64,000 nucleotides of DNA from a bacterium (GCA_037137535.1 JBAXKC010000001.1:224001-288000); one strand, 5' to 3'; numbered from the stretch's first letter, positions 31,330-42,510 are shown. A program made the numbers and translations. The notes: generated from the letters alone by a model not told the origin.

Positions 31330-32407
31330 TACTCTCCGCTAATTTTTCAAGCTTAACCTTTTGATCAGCCATTACAAGGCTATCAATAAGCTCTTCCAAA
31401 TCACCTTCGATAACTGATCTCAAAGTAAAGTTCTGATTTATTCTGTGATCGGTACATCTTCCCTGCGGGAAGTTATATGTTCTTATTCGCTCACTTCTAT
31501 CACCGGTACCGACTTGAGAACGTCTTAAATCAGTAATTTCTTTCATCTGCTTCTGGATTTCCATATCAAAGAGTTTAGCTTTTAATATTTGCATAGCTCT
31601 TTCTTTGTTTTGAAGCTGACTTCTTTCTTCTGTACAATGAACCATTAAACCTGTCGGTTTATGCACGATTCTAACAGCAGTTTCAACTTTGTTCACGTTT
31701 TGACCGCCTGCACCACCTGCACGAGCAGTTGATATATCAAGGTCTTTAGCTTCTATATTTACTTCAACATCATTTACTTCAGGCATAACCGCTACTGTAG
31801 CAGTACTTGTGTGAATTCTACCTTGTGATTCAGTAACAGGGACTCTTTGAACTCTATGAACTCCGGATTCATACTTTAAACGGCTATAAACACCATCGCC
31901 TTTGATAGAAATAGTCGCCTCAGAAATACCACCCAATTCACCTTGAGAGACACCAAGCACTTCAGTTTTCCAGCCTAATTTTTCCGCATATCTCAAATAC
32001 ATACGCATAAGATCCGCACCAAAAATATTCGCCTCATCACCACCGGCACTTCCTCTGATTTCAAGCATAATATCTTTTTCATCATTAGGATCTTTAGGCA
32101 GTAATAGAACTTTCATTCTTTCTTCATATTGTTTTATTTTTTCTTCTGCAGTTTCAATTTCCTTATTGAAAAATTCTTTCATTTCAGGATCAGTTTCTCC
32201 TCGAGTAAGAAGAGAGGCTTCTTCTTTACTGTCCATTGAAGCTTGCCAATTATGATAAATTTCTACAGTTTCTTCTATTGATTTTCTTTTTCTTGATAAG
32301 TTTCTGAACAGTTCATAATCTTGTATTACTTCAGGATCACTTAATTTTTCACCTAATTCAATATAAGTCTGTTCAATATTTTGAATTTTACCCAGCATAT
32401 CTTTCAT
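31322..32407 (-). CDS. prfA: Peptide chain release factor 1
   Basis: [12 protein letters not shown] (PxT), [15 protein letters not shown] at 32407 after GGAG. Confidence 0.97.
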   Translation of the reverse strand: MKDMLGKIQNIEQTYIELGEKLSDPEVIQDYELFRNLSRKRKSIEETVEIYHNWQASMDSKEEASLLTRGETDPEMKEFFNKEIETAEEKIKQYEERMKVLLLPKDPNDEKDIMLEIRGSAGGDEANIFGADLMRMYLRYAEKLGWKTEVLGVSQGELGGISEATISIKGDGVYSRLKYESGVHRVQRVPVTESQGRIHTSTATVAVMPEVNDVEVNIEAKDLDISTARAGGAGGQNVNKVETAVRIVHKPTGLMVHCTEERSQLQNKERAMQILKAKLFDMEIQKQMKEITDLRRSQVGTGDRSERIRTYNFPQGRCTDHRINQNFTLRSVIEGDLEELIDSLVMADQKVKLEKLAESND

Positions 32408-32430
32408 TTGAGTTGATTCTCCGGTCTTTA

Positions 32431-33138
32431 TTATGAAGGAATAATTTCTTTTTTCTGTTTTTTTCTGCCACAGCATTTAATTTCATCACAGTAGCCTAAT
32501 GCTTCGCATTTAGGAACAAGATACTCTTTAAGCCATGGTTCTTTTTCAGCAACTAATTTGCACATTTTATCGACAATCATGCGTATTTCAAGTTGTGCAT
32601 TTACGCATAATCTTAAATTTGCAAGATGAATAAGTTCTCTCAAATTCAAACTTGCAACCATTGAGCTTGACGCTGCATTTGGCAATACAAATCTGGCATC
32701 TTCGGCAGGAATTCCTTCCTCTATCATTTTAGCGTAAAATTCTGATATTTTTTCCATAAACTCATTATATTCATCTAAAAGAGCCGAATTTTTCAATGTT
32801 GGAGGAACAATATATTCAAATTGCCCTGTTTCTGTAACATATCTTTGAGATTTCTGAGAAAAAGACATGTGACGATGACGAACAAGTTGATGAGTACAAG
32901 CTCTTGATACGCCACTTATTGAAAAAACTACGTAACAATGCTCTATTGTACTGTGATGACCTGATTCAATAACCTTTTTTACCAGCTTTTGCATTTTTTC
33001 GTTATCAGCATCTTTTTCCCATATATGTACGGGATATTCCGAGGAATAACAAGTTCTGCACGCAGTATAAACCGTTTTTAAAATATCTTCAGGTATCGTT
33101 AATATATCAACTTTTGATAATTGAGAATTTTCGTTCAT
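32431..33138 (-). CDS. thyX: FAD-dependent thymidylate synthase
   Basis: [18 protein letters not shown] signature, EDARFVLP. Confidence 0.96.
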   Translation of the reverse strand: MNENSQLSKVDILTIPEDILKTVYTACRTCYSSEYPVHIWEKDADNEKMQKLVKKVIESGHHSTIEHCYVVFSISGVSRACTHQLVRHRHMSFSQKSQRYVTETGQFEYIVPPTLKNSALLDEYNEFMEKISEFYAKMIEEGIPAEDARFVLPNAASSSMVASLNLRELIHLANLRLCVNAQLEIRMIVDKMCKLVAEKEPWLKEYLVPKCEALGYCDEIKCCGRKKQKKEIIPS

Positions 33139-33235
33139 TTTTTATCTTGCCAATTATTGTACATAAATTATTTATATACAAGAATAAGCCCGCCATGTAA
33201 AATATAACGGGCTTAAACTTGAAAATTTAATACTT

Positions 33236-33439
33236 TTATTTTTGTGTATTGTAACGCTTGTTGAATCTTTCAACTCTTCCTTCGGTATCAATAATTTTTT
33301 GTGTTCCTGTGAAGAAAGGATGACAGTTGCTGCAAATTTCAACTCTGATATTGTCATGAACTGATCCTGTCTCAATAGAATTACCGCAAACGCAGTTTAT
33401 GTTTATTTCTTTATAATTAGGATGAAGTCCTTCTTTCAT
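33236..33439 (-). CDS. rpmE: 50S ribosomal protein L31 (Zn-binding type)
   Basis: [35 protein letters not shown] at 33439. Confidence 0.96.
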   Translation of the reverse strand: MKEGLHPNYKEININCVCGNSIETGSVHDNIRVEICSNCHPFFTGTQKIIDTEGRVERFNKRYNTQK

Positions 33440-33529
33440 TTTGATTTCCTCTTTTATTCTAACTATGTATGAACAGCATATTAGCATAACCATGAATTTA
33501 GGCAAATATAAAATAATAAATTTGTTTTA

Positions 33530-33568
33530 ATTAAAAGCAAGAAATCGTTTAATATTTCTTGCTTTTAA
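33530..33568 (-). terminator. Intrinsic terminator
   Basis: ttaaaagcaagaaat / atttcttgcttttaa. Confidence 0.7.
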
Positions 33569-33578
33569 ACATAATTAA

Positions 33579-35852
33579 TTATTTTTTAAATCTGTAAATT
33601 CTATACTCGGAAGGAGCAAGAGTTTTTAAAGAAATACCTGCACCAGCCAAATCTCTTATTTCCGATGTTTCGACAAAAGCTGCTTTATCGGAATCATAGC
33701 AAATTTCAGCAATTATTGAATAACCGCTTGGAATTTCAACTGCTTTATCGACTACAGCTTCATATTCTTTGATATAAGCAACACCGTCTTCTGTTTTTAG
33801 TTTTTCTGTTTCAGGATTTTGATTTGCCGCAATTAAAAGAACTTCATTGCTGCCATCTTTTGAAACTTGCCACATTACAAAACCGTCTTCATCTGTTTTT
33901 AACACTTCTGAACAACCGTTTAAAGTTAATTCATCGTGAAGAGCATAATTAATAATTGCGTTAAATTCTTTGAAAAATTCAAGATTATTTTCTCTTTTCA
34001 TAGCTCCTTCAAAGCCGATAGCCTTTTCAATTCCTGTTTTGTTGAAAGCTTCATCGCCATCAATAAACATAACAGGTCTTTGTGCCAAGTTACCGCCCGG
34101 CATAAACTTGAATTTGAAGAATTTAAACAATGCACCTTTTGCTCCTAATTGAGCAGGATATTGATCAATTGCGGAGAATTCACCGTCTTGATTATTATAA
34201 GTCTTAATTACGGACAATTTAGAGCTGTTTGCAGGAACTGTTGAATTGTACTCTGCAAGATATTTATTATCTGCTGCAATTGCTTTTGGTGTTTTTTGGA
34301 ATTGTGAAATAATATCGTTCCCCCAAAGAATATCAAAAGACATATCCTGATGGTATTCTTTGTAGAAATTATCCCAAAGCATATATTCAGCAAGGGTTGC
34401 AAAGTGCGGGCAAGCTTTTTTTATTGCTCTGTTTGACTCACCTAATACAAGGCTTGGCGCTCTATAACTGATTGGAATACCGGCAGCTGTTTGTGACACT
34501 TCATCAACGATATGGTCAATGTGATCAACTCTAAAACCGTCAAAATTATAATTATTTTGAAGTTTTTTAAGGAAATCCATATAAAAATCTATTACTTTTT
34601 GGTTATATTCACCTTTTTCAAAGTAAACAAAATAATATGGAGTCTGACAATCAAGGTTTGCAAAATGTGTAACATCTTCGCCTTTAACGTCATAATGCTT
34701 GAATATCGGATATCCAGCACCTTCACTCATTTTTTCAAATATTGCAACACCAGAAGAACACCATGCTCCACCCGGAGCAGGCCATAATCCGCTTCCAACA
34801 AGTTCACCTATAACTTCACCCTGACATGTAATATCATCTTCTGTAAGAACAGCATCTACAGATTTATTTATTTTTGAAGCAATAAGTTCTGTAGCTTTAG
34901 CACAAATTATTTCCTGTTGTTCTTTTGTCATCATTTTATTTGATATTTCAGCCCTAAAAGGTTTTAGTAATTCTTGAAAACCTGTATATACTTTAGTTAA
35001 AGACTCTTCAACCTGTAAATATTCGCCTTTTAATTCTTTTGAGATTATTTCTTTTACTTTTGCAATTTCATCAGAAGAATATTCAGATTGAAGTTTATCT
35101 CCAACAATTTCAAGAGTAGCTGTCATTTGTGAAATAAGTTCTTTTACATCAAACCATCTTGCTGCATAAGCATTTGCTAGAACCGTTTTTGAAAATCTTC
35201 CCGTTTGTGGAAGCACATCATACATTGTAGGGTGTCCGCAAAGCTGAGTTAACGCAAAATAAAGCTGAATCTGTTCTTTTGCATTTAATCCTAATTTAGA
35301 ATAAATATTTTTATCTTCAAAAGTCTGACTTACTCCGCTATCTGTCGGAATATATGCACATCCAAAATCTCTTGGATGGAAAGGAATAAAATAAGCGGTA
35401 GTAGAAAGAACTCCCTCTTTTAAATTTCCTGCAGGTAAAGTTAAAGTCTGCTTTAACCAATCAATCAGAAGTCCTGCCTCGTCGGAAACATTGCCGTTTC
35501 CAAGTCCTGCAAGATTCAGAAGTTTAATGTTGTGCTGTTCTCTTTTTATCCATTCAGAGTCAGTAATTCCTGCTCTTGTAACAGGACTTAAACTCTCAAA
35601 TGCAAATTTATCGTCATTATAGACATTATTAATTATAAGTTTTTGTTCAATACCAATTAATGTTTCGGCAGGTGTTAATTCTTCAAGTGCTTGCTGATGA
35701 GAAAATGGTAAGTATCCAAATTCTTTCACAAGGTTTTGAATATATGTTTTTCTTTCGGTTGATACATTCTGAACGTTAAAAATTTCTTTCAAAGATGAAA
35801 AAATTTCAGATAATACTTCTTTTGTCGGAGTAAATTTGATATTTGTAATCAT
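33579..35852 (-). CDS. Divergent GH13 (alpha-amylase superfamily)-like glucan-active enzyme
   Basis: FDGFRVDH (nucleophile Asp), TLAEY (acid/base Glu), YNNQD (region IV-like), C-terminal beta domain; ATG at 35852. Confidence 0.65.
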   Translation of the reverse strand: MITNIKFTPTKEVLSEIFSSLKEIFNVQNVSTERKTYIQNLVKEFGYLPFSHQQALEELTPAETLIGIEQKLIINNVYNDDKFAFESLSPVTRAGITDSEWIKREQHNIKLLNLAGLGNGNVSDEAGLLIDWLKQTLTLPAGNLKEGVLSTTAYFIPFHPRDFGCAYIPTDSGVSQTFEDKNIYSKLGLNAKEQIQLYFALTQLCGHPTMYDVLPQTGRFSKTVLANAYAARWFDVKELISQMTATLEIVGDKLQSEYSSDEIAKVKEIISKELKGEYLQVEESLTKVYTGFQELLKPFRAEISNKMMTKEQQEIICAKATELIASKINKSVDAVLTEDDITCQGEVIGELVGSGLWPAPGGAWCSSGVAIFEKMSEGAGYPIFKHYDVKGEDVTHFANLDCQTPYYFVYFEKGEYNQKVIDFYMDFLKKLQNNYNFDGFRVDHIDHIVDEVSQTAAGIPISYRAPSLVLGESNRAIKKACPHFATLAEYMLWDNFYKEYHQDMSFDILWGNDIISQFQKTPKAIAADNKYLAEYNSTVPANSSKLSVIKTYNNQDGEFSAIDQYPAQLGAKGALFKFFKFKFMPGGNLAQRPVMFIDGDEAFNKTGIEKAIGFEGAMKRENNLEFFKEFNAIINYALHDELTLNGCSEVLKTDEDGFVMWQVSKDGSNEVLLIAANQNPETEKLKTEDGVAYIKEYEAVVDKAVEIPSGYSIIAEICYDSDKAAFVETSEIRDLAGAGISLKTLAPSEYRIYRFKK

Positions 35853-36026
35853 TTCATTGTCCTTTAACAACCTCTAAACCACCGTCATTCTAACATAAAC
35901 ACCACAAATGATATAACTAAAAAAATAAATTATGTAAAAAAAAGATTTTTCATGTGTTATATTTTTAATTTAGCGGTTTTCAATCAAAATATGACAGTAT
36001 TATTCTATTTTTTAAGGGGAAGTATA

Positions 36027-37325
36027 ATGCAAAAATTGAGGATGGTTGATTTAATTTCAAAGAAAAAAGCAGGGGAAGCTCACTCAGTTGAAGAAATTAA
36101 ATTTATTGTTGATGGTGTAAAAAACAACTCAATTCCCGATTATCAGTTATCTGCATGGTTAATGGCGGTTTGCTTAAAAGGAATGACTTTTGACGAAAGT
36201 GCAATGCTGACGGAAGCAATGGCAAAATCAGGAGAAATTATTGATTTATCAGCATTAGGCGAATATATTTCAGATAAACACAGCACAGGCGGCGTTGGAG
36301 ATAAAACAACCTTGATTTTAGCCCCTCTTTTAGCGTCTGTTGGTGTTAAGGTAGCTAAACTTTCAGGCAGAGGGCTTGGTTATACAGGCGGAACAATTGA
36401 TAAACTCGAGTCAATTGAAGGCTATAATCCTTCATTAGAACTTGACAAGTTTATTGAGCAAGTCAATACAATAGGAGCAGCTGTTATTTCACAAACTGCA
36501 AAACTAGCTCCTGCGGATAGCAGACTTTACGCTTTAAGAGATGTAACTGCAACTGTTGACAGCATTCCACTTATTGCATCATCTGTATTATCTAAAAAAA
36601 TTGCATCAGGAGCCAATGTTATCGTCCTTGATGTTAAATACGGCAGCGGTGCTTTTATGAAAACACCTGAGCAAGCTGAAGAACTATCTAAAACGATGGT
36701 AGAAATCGGCAAAAAGCTAAACAGATCAATCACAGCAGTTATTACTTCCATGGATCAACCTCTAGGTAATGGCATAGGCAATGCCATTGAAGTACAAGAA
36801 TCAATAGACACCCTAAAAAACATCGGACCAAAAGATTTAACCGATCTTTCTGTCTATCTTGCCGCAGTAATGATGGTTAATACTAAAAATGCCAAAACAA
36901 TAGAAGAAGCAGAAAAAGCATTAAGAGAAAGCCTAGCAAACGGTAAAGCCTACTCTAAATTTATTGAAATGGTAGAGGCTCAAAGTGCCGTTAAAAACTT
37001 TGTATTGCCGACAGCAGAGCATTTAATTGAAGTAAAAGCTGACAGTGAAGGCTTTATAACCGAAACAGACGCTTTGACTATCGCAAAAGCAAGCAAAATC
37101 TTAGGCGCAGGAAGAGAAACAAAAGAAGACCCGATTGATTATGCGGTTGGTGTTGTGCTGACTAAAAAAATCGGTGATAAAGTAGCAAAAGGCGATACAA
37201 TTGCAGTTGTTCACGCAAATTCCCTTGAACTTGGAAAAGATGCTGTTAAAACTTGTAATAAAGCCTTTAAATATTCTTCAACACCAGTTGAAGTGCCACC
37301 AATTGTTCATAAAGTTATTGATTAA
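36027..37325 (+). CDS. pdp: Pyrimidine-nucleoside/thymidine phosphorylase
   Basis: DKHSTGGVGDK, SGRGLG.TGGT.DKLE, YALRDVTATV, DVKYGSGAFM; ATG at 36027 after AGGGGA. Confidence 0.95.
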   Translation: MQKLRMVDLISKKKAGEAHSVEEIKFIVDGVKNNSIPDYQLSAWLMAVCLKGMTFDESAMLTEAMAKSGEIIDLSALGEYISDKHSTGGVGDKTTLILAPLLASVGVKVAKLSGRGLGYTGGTIDKLESIEGYNPSLELDKFIEQVNTIGAAVISQTAKLAPADSRLYALRDVTATVDSIPLIASSVLSKKIASGANVIVLDVKYGSGAFMKTPEQAEELSKTMVEIGKKLNRSITAVITSMDQPLGNGIGNAIEVQESIDTLKNIGPKDLTDLSVYLAAVMMVNTKNAKTIEEAEKALRESLANGKAYSKFIEMVEAQSAVKNFVLPTAEHLIEVKADSEGFITETDALTIAKASKILGAGRETKEDPIDYAVGVVLTKKIGDKVAKGDTIAVVHANSLELGKDAVKTCNKAFKYSSTPVEVPPIVHKVID

Positions 37326-37339
37326 TATTTAATAGATTT

Positions 37340-37372
37340 AGAGCGGTTTCTCTGAGGAGAAGCCGCTCTTTT
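37340..37372. terminator. Terminator between convergent genes
   Basis: agagcggtttctc / gagaagccgctct followed by a T run. Confidence 0.75.
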
Positions 37373-37390
37373 GATTGACTTTTATTGTTT

Positions 37391-38644
37391 TTAACTCAAC
37401 TCTTCCCTTTTAATTGAATAATAATCAGAATCTCCACCCACGCTACTCTTTGCAATTAACTCTCCGCCTTCGGTTGAATCCATTGCCGCAACATGTAAAA
37501 TCTGGAATTTATCGGAAGAACCAACTAGATTTTGACCTGTTAAATCTAAATTTTCCATCATATGAGCCTTAATTAACTGTTCAGGATTTTGCCCCAAATC
37601 TTTCGACTTTTTCATGACAAACCCAACGAAAGCCCCTGTCAATACAGCTTTATCAGTTTTACCACCATCTACAAAATCAGCGATTACCTGACCTATTCCC
37701 TCATAAAACTGATTAGCAGCCTTATTAAATGCGGTTTCGTGCTGATTTTCTTTAATTGGGTTGCCGTTATTATCGTTAAGAGTCAATTTAACATTATCGC
37801 CATCAACTTTTTCCGTAAAAAGATTCAATAAATTAGCATCTTTTAGTTTTTTATAAGTAGCTTTTTGAGGATTTAAGCTAATTTCATGCTCGGTAACAAT
37901 TTTACCATCGCCAATTTTTCCTAATGCTTCTGCTTTTTCACTATTTATTCCTAAAGCTGTCGCATAATTTTTTATCATTGCTGGAACGGAGGTAGAAACT
38001 TGCTCAATGGGTCTGTCCGTTCCTCTTTTAAACAAATGTCCTTTTTCTCTAGGAACAATTTCAATAGTATCTTTACGTCCTCTTATTTCAGTTACGGCAA
38101 GCCCTCCTCCGGGAGTTATAACAGGCGTTTCTTTCCCATCAGGAAATAATTCATTAAGATCTTTTTTATCCGCAGCTAATCTTAAAAGAACCAGACCACC
38201 CCATGAAGCACCGTCATTACAGAAAATTACATTATTAAAATTTATTCCTTTTAATTCGGGCTGACTGCAAAAAGTTTTCTTATCGATAGGAATTGCACCA
38301 ATAGCTATATTAGTTTCAGGATTTTTTATATTAGGAGGATAACAAAAACCATTTTTTACAGGCCCCGGTAAAGCAATAGCAATATTGTTTCTCTCGGATT
38401 CATGACCTGTTAAGGCTTTGCTTGTGTATAAAGCCAAAGATTTCAACATGCCTGCGGGAGTTACAGGATTTTCACCAAATAAAGGTGTTCCTTTCTGAAT
38501 AACAGCTTCTCCGTTAACAGTCATCCCAATATTGGCAGGCTTCCTGCTTGTTCCTACATCTCCTCCGACATCAGCTCCAAAGGAGGTCTTTTTTATATTT
38601 TTAATTGCAACAACATTCGGGCTTATATTATAAATATTAAGCAT
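37391..38644 (-). CDS. Divergent ROK/glucokinase-like (ASKHA) sugar kinase with N-terminal extension
   Basis: GGDVGTS phosphate-1 motif, AIALPGPV, FCNDG, TPGGGL, EKGH. Confidence 0.6.
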   Translation of the reverse strand: MLNIYNISPNVVAIKNIKKTSFGADVGGDVGTSRKPANIGMTVNGEAVIQKGTPLFGENPVTPAGMLKSLALYTSKALTGHESERNNIAIALPGPVKNGFCYPPNIKNPETNIAIGAIPIDKKTFCSQPELKGINFNNVIFCNDGASWGGLVLLRLAADKKDLNELFPDGKETPVITPGGGLAVTEIRGRKDTIEIVPREKGHLFKRGTDRPIEQVSTSVPAMIKNYATALGINSEKAEALGKIGDGKIVTEHEISLNPQKATYKKLKDANLLNLFTEKVDGDNVKLTLNDNNGNPIKENQHETAFNKAANQFYEGIGQVIADFVDGGKTDKAVLTGAFVGFVMKKSKDLGQNPEQLIKAHMMENLDLTGQNLVGSSDKFQILHVAAMDSTEGGELIAKSSVGGDSDYYSIKREELS

Positions 38645-39019
38645 ATTATTTTCCTTTTTTTAAAACTTCATCTTATCTTTGATTAATTAAATTTACTAAT
38701 GAATACTAATATAAAAATAAATATTTTTTATTCATCTAAGTTTAAATAAATATCTTCTTAATGGGCAATGATTTAAACTAAATTATGTAAATTCCCCACC
38801 TTCTCTTTATATTTAAAAACAAAAACGATTTAATTGTTATTAAATAAATTTGCGAATACGCTTCCTCCTCTCCCTAATAAGAGGCAGACCTAATCGACTT
38901 TTTTCTTTATATATTGTTATAAATTTTCTTTCTACATTAACAATTTCCATGAAAAAAATTTGTTAATATAAACATAGGGTTTACATGTATTAGAGCAAAA
39001 CAAGAAAGTGGGTTTCTTT

Positions 39020-39694
39020 ATGCTAAAAGGTATCGGTGGAAATAATTTTCAGATACAACAGCAACAAGCATTTGAAAAGGTGCTAACCGATCATGGAACC
39101 AATTCTCAACAAGTAGCATCTATTTTTTCTCAAAAAGGAGATAAAGCTGCTATTGCTTTTATGGCATCAAAAGGAATTGATGTCCCACAATCACCTGATG
39201 GCTCAACTCAAACAGGTTCTGCACAAAAAAACTCTGCCGCTATTGATGCTGCTAAAAATTCCTTCAATCAGCTATTAGCAAGTGCCGGCCTAACTGAAGA
39301 AGAGGTAAAACAAGCTTATGAATCTGGTGGCGATACAGCTGTTAAAGAACTTTTGAACTCTAAAGGCCTCGAGATGGCAGAAGCTCCTGAAGGTACACCT
39401 AAGAATACAGGATCAGAACAAAGAATATTTTCAGGCAACTCCGGTAACAAAGACTTTAAAGAATATACAAAAATATTAAAAGATATAGGCGTAACTGAAG
39501 AAGTTATAAAAAAGGCGGGTCTAACTAAAAAGAATATAGAAGAAGCTTATGATTCCGGCGGAGATACCGCTGTTCGAGGACTGTTACAGTCTAAATCTGT
39601 CGATACTACAAAAGGACCAGAAAGCTTACCAAAGAATGGCTCTGGAATTGTACGCAGTGACCAAATTCCTGGTACATTTGATATGAAATCATAA
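39020..39694 (+). CDS. Hypothetical protein with three ~50-aa helical repeats
   Basis: Repeated AY[E/D]SGGDTAV..LL.SK motif twice, plus a weaker first copy. Confidence 0.7.
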   Translation: MLKGIGGNNFQIQQQQAFEKVLTDHGTNSQQVASIFSQKGDKAAIAFMASKGIDVPQSPDGSTQTGSAQKNSAAIDAAKNSFNQLLASAGLTEEEVKQAYESGGDTAVKELLNSKGLEMAEAPEGTPKNTGSEQRIFSGNSGNKDFKEYTKILKDIGVTEEVIKKAGLTKKNIEEAYDSGGDTAVRGLLQSKSVDTTKGPESLPKNGSGIVRSDQIPGTFDMKS

Positions 39695-39711
39695 AATATT
39701 AAAGAATTAAT

Positions 39712-39749
39712 AAAAAATGCTTCAATTGTAATGATTGAAGCATTTTTTT
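39712..39749. terminator. Bidirectional terminator
   Basis: aaaaaatgcttcaat / attgaagcatttttt. Confidence 0.75.
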
Positions 39750-39778
39750 GTTTGAATTTTGTAAAAGGTAAAAAAGAA

Positions 39779-42373
39779 CTAAGAATTTGCTTTACCATCT
39801 AACTTTTTCTTCACCAAAGAATTTAATTCAGAGTTATTATCTATAAATTTACCGTTTACTCTTGCTTCTTCTGTTAAAACAGCTATTTTAGCATTTAAAG
39901 TTTTTAACTCTTCTCTTCTGTTTCCTTTATCAAGCCAACTGTTTAATTCATTTTTGAAAGATTCAGCAGACATGGTATTTCCGCCTTTACCAAGATTTTT
40001 ATAACATTTATCGCCATATTCATTTATAAAATCTTTGTGAAAATCCACTATCATTTCTGCAATTTTAGAAGCGGTTTTTACCATTAAAGTAATATCTTCT
40101 TTATTTTCTTTTACCATCATTTTGTCATCGGTGACAAAACCTGTATGTGGACCTAATCCATATCTATTAACAGCTATTTTAGCACTATTCATAGCCATTT
40201 TTAAATCCATTGACGGACCATAGGTACTTCTACCGCCAAACATCATTCTTTCAACATATATTGAGCCATAATCAACAGCCATCTCATCAATTATAGTATC
40301 GAAGGTTTTACTTCCCCCTTCACCTCTATCAAAGAATACTGCTCCTAAGAAGCCTTCATGCTGATCAAAAGTTATAAAGTTTATTTCATCAGGTCTTAGC
40401 CATTTTTCATTGGCTTGATTAAATAAAGTTTGTCCTGTTATTGCATGTCCAATTTCATGTTTTATTGTAGCTTCATTATCCCACTCAGGAATATCAGCTC
40501 TCATCTTAGGACCTACCACTAACTCTAAATAGGCTTCTGTGAAATCATCAAGACCTAAAGCCTTATTATCTTTTCTTTTTTCTGCGATTGCAGTGGCTTT
40601 ATTCACAATAGTTTTTAAATCAGCTCCGTTAGAATAATTAGTTATTTTTGCAACTTCTTTAATTATTTTTTCTTTATTTGCAGGGTCAAATTTCAAATCT
40701 TTTGTCAGAACATTTAATGTTGCTATTCTTGTCTTCATACTGTTTGCATTATCAGGAACAGGCAGTTGAGTGTCAAATATACCAACTTTACTAAATTCAG
40801 GTTGTAGTGCTTCAGCTTGAGTAACCCCTGCTAAAACAACAAGGTTTACATCGCTATTTTTATTATCAATTTGTTTTATTTGCTTAGACATCTCATCAAA
40901 ACAAGCCGTATTCTCCATTAATTCCTCAAAGTTATCAAGATATAAGAAAGCCGTTTTATTATCGCTATCTTTTGCAGCTAATTTAGCACCTTCAAAAACA
41001 TTAGCGACTTCAAATGACACATCAGATTCGGGATTAATATAATTTAAAAACTCTGTCATGGAAACATTCACAAGCGGTGATTTTGCTTCTCCTGCTATAG
41101 CTTCGGCAAGTAAAGTCTTACCGGCACCTCTTTGCCCTGAAATTAATATACTGCTAGGAGGAACTTGAGCATTTTTTGTTCCTTTTTTACCTATTTTATT
41201 TAATATAGTTTCTTTAATAGTCTCTTCTAAAGGTTCTATTCCTCCGACATCTTTCAAGGACAAAGGAGGTTTTTCTTCATGAACACCCATAGCTAATTCA
41301 GGATAAGCCTTAACAGCTTTTTGAATATTTTTAGGAGTGATTATTGAATATTTTGCATTTGGCTTTGTAGTTTTCTTCATAAGAACAGCAGGAAGTGTAT
41401 CCATAATAAAATCTATAGCTTTACCGGGATATGAGCCCTCTTGCTCTTTTGTTAAATTAACTGCTTTGTCTATGGCTTTATCAGAAATAACAGTATTAGC
41501 AGGAAGATTAGGAGCAATTAAAAAATCTTTATTGGCTTTCAGGAATCTTTTTGTCTCTGGTGCTCCCGGAGTTTCTAATTGCAACTCTTGTAACGCAGGA
41601 TCTCTTTCCATTAATTGCTTAGCTGATTCAGAAAGGTAATTTTCAGGATGCTCATAATCTGTTTCTGCTTCGGTAAAGGATACTGTTTTTACCTTGTCAG
41701 ATAAACCAGGAAAGCTTATCGTCGGATCAGAAATAAATATTATAGTATTTTTATTCTCTTTTTCTGCTTTATCTATCCAATGCTTAACACATTTTTGAAT
41801 TGATGGGTCAGGTTTCATTTGTTCCTCTTGCTGAACCTGAGGAATATTAAGGAAAGGATCATCAGGGTTTAATCTCTCATTGATTCTTGAAACAGTATTT
41901 TCTTGTATTACCTCTTTTGCATAATTAACATCCAGAAAATATACATCAGTATTTTCTTTTGTCATTCCTAAATTTTTAAATTTATTATTAGCCAACATTC
42001 CGACAAAATTATTCGCCACTAACTCGGGCATTGCTCCTCTTTCATGAACCAGCATTGTATTTTGAGAATCAAAACAGTTCATAGCAATAAATTCAGCTGT
42101 TTTATCATATGGCTTAAATTTCATTAAAGTTGAAAGACTGTCAGGCGTCATCAAGTTTACTAAATAAGGAGGTTCAACAAACTTGCTTTCTTTTCTAACT
42201 AATCTGGCATTAAAACTTATAAAATTAGCTTTTAAATGGTCTAGACTCGGAGCGACTGTATTATTTGTCATATTTTGATTATGACTTACTGTTTGAGGAA
42301 TAACTTCCTTTTTCTTTTTTAAATCAATACTCTGATTTTTTTGAAAACTACATACATTTGATAACTTAATCAT
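39779..42373 (-). CDS. Soluble FtsH-like AAA + M41 zinc peptidase with upstream Clp-like lid region
   Basis: Walker A GQRGAGKTLLAEAIAGEA, NGADL lid, HEIGH Zn motif, GPSMDL; no TM segments; start could be GTG at 42403. Confidence 0.7.
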   Translation of the reverse strand: MIKLSNVCSFQKNQSIDLKKKKEVIPQTVSHNQNMTNNTVAPSLDHLKANFISFNARLVRKESKFVEPPYLVNLMTPDSLSTLMKFKPYDKTAEFIAMNCFDSQNTMLVHERGAMPELVANNFVGMLANNKFKNLGMTKENTDVYFLDVNYAKEVIQENTVSRINERLNPDDPFLNIPQVQQEEQMKPDPSIQKCVKHWIDKAEKENKNTIIFISDPTISFPGLSDKVKTVSFTEAETDYEHPENYLSESAKQLMERDPALQELQLETPGAPETKRFLKANKDFLIAPNLPANTVISDKAIDKAVNLTKEQEGSYPGKAIDFIMDTLPAVLMKKTTKPNAKYSIITPKNIQKAVKAYPELAMGVHEEKPPLSLKDVGGIEPLEETIKETILNKIGKKGTKNAQVPPSSILISGQRGAGKTLLAEAIAGEAKSPLVNVSMTEFLNYINPESDVSFEVANVFEGAKLAAKDSDNKTAFLYLDNFEELMENTACFDEMSKQIKQIDNKNSDVNLVVLAGVTQAEALQPEFSKVGIFDTQLPVPDNANSMKTRIATLNVLTKDLKFDPANKEKIIKEVAKITNYSNGADLKTIVNKATAIAEKRKDNKALGLDDFTEAYLELVVGPKMRADIPEWDNEATIKHEIGHAITGQTLFNQANEKWLRPDEINFITFDQHEGFLGAVFFDRGEGGSKTFDTIIDEMAVDYGSIYVERMMFGGRSTYGPSMDLKMAMNSAKIAVNRYGLGPHTGFVTDDKMMVKENKEDITLMVKTASKIAEMIVDFHKDFINEYGDKCYKNLGKGGNTMSAESFKNELNSWLDKGNRREELKTLNAKIAVLTEEARVNGKFIDNNSELNSLVKKKLDGKANS

Positions 42374-42447
42374 TACGTTAAAAGCCTTATTCTTCTCTTC
42401 CACATGTGGTTTTAAAACCCGCTAAAAAAAAAGTTTATAATAAATAC

Positions 42448-42489
42448 AAAAAAACTCCCAATATTTGTTAATATCTCGGGAGTCTTTTG
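42448..42489 (-). terminator. Terminator after trxA
   Basis: aaaaaaactccc / gggagtctttt. Confidence 0.6.
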
Positions 42490-42510
42490 TAATGTATTAT
42501 TAAGCTATAT

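Noticed and set aside
33172-33375. 67-aa ORF overlapping rpmE
   Set aside because: Alternative frame over a bona fide ribosomal protein gene, no RBS or motif
38790-38900. CU-rich tracts and a small hairpin as an sRNA
   Set aside because: Weak stem, no clear promoter/terminator pair
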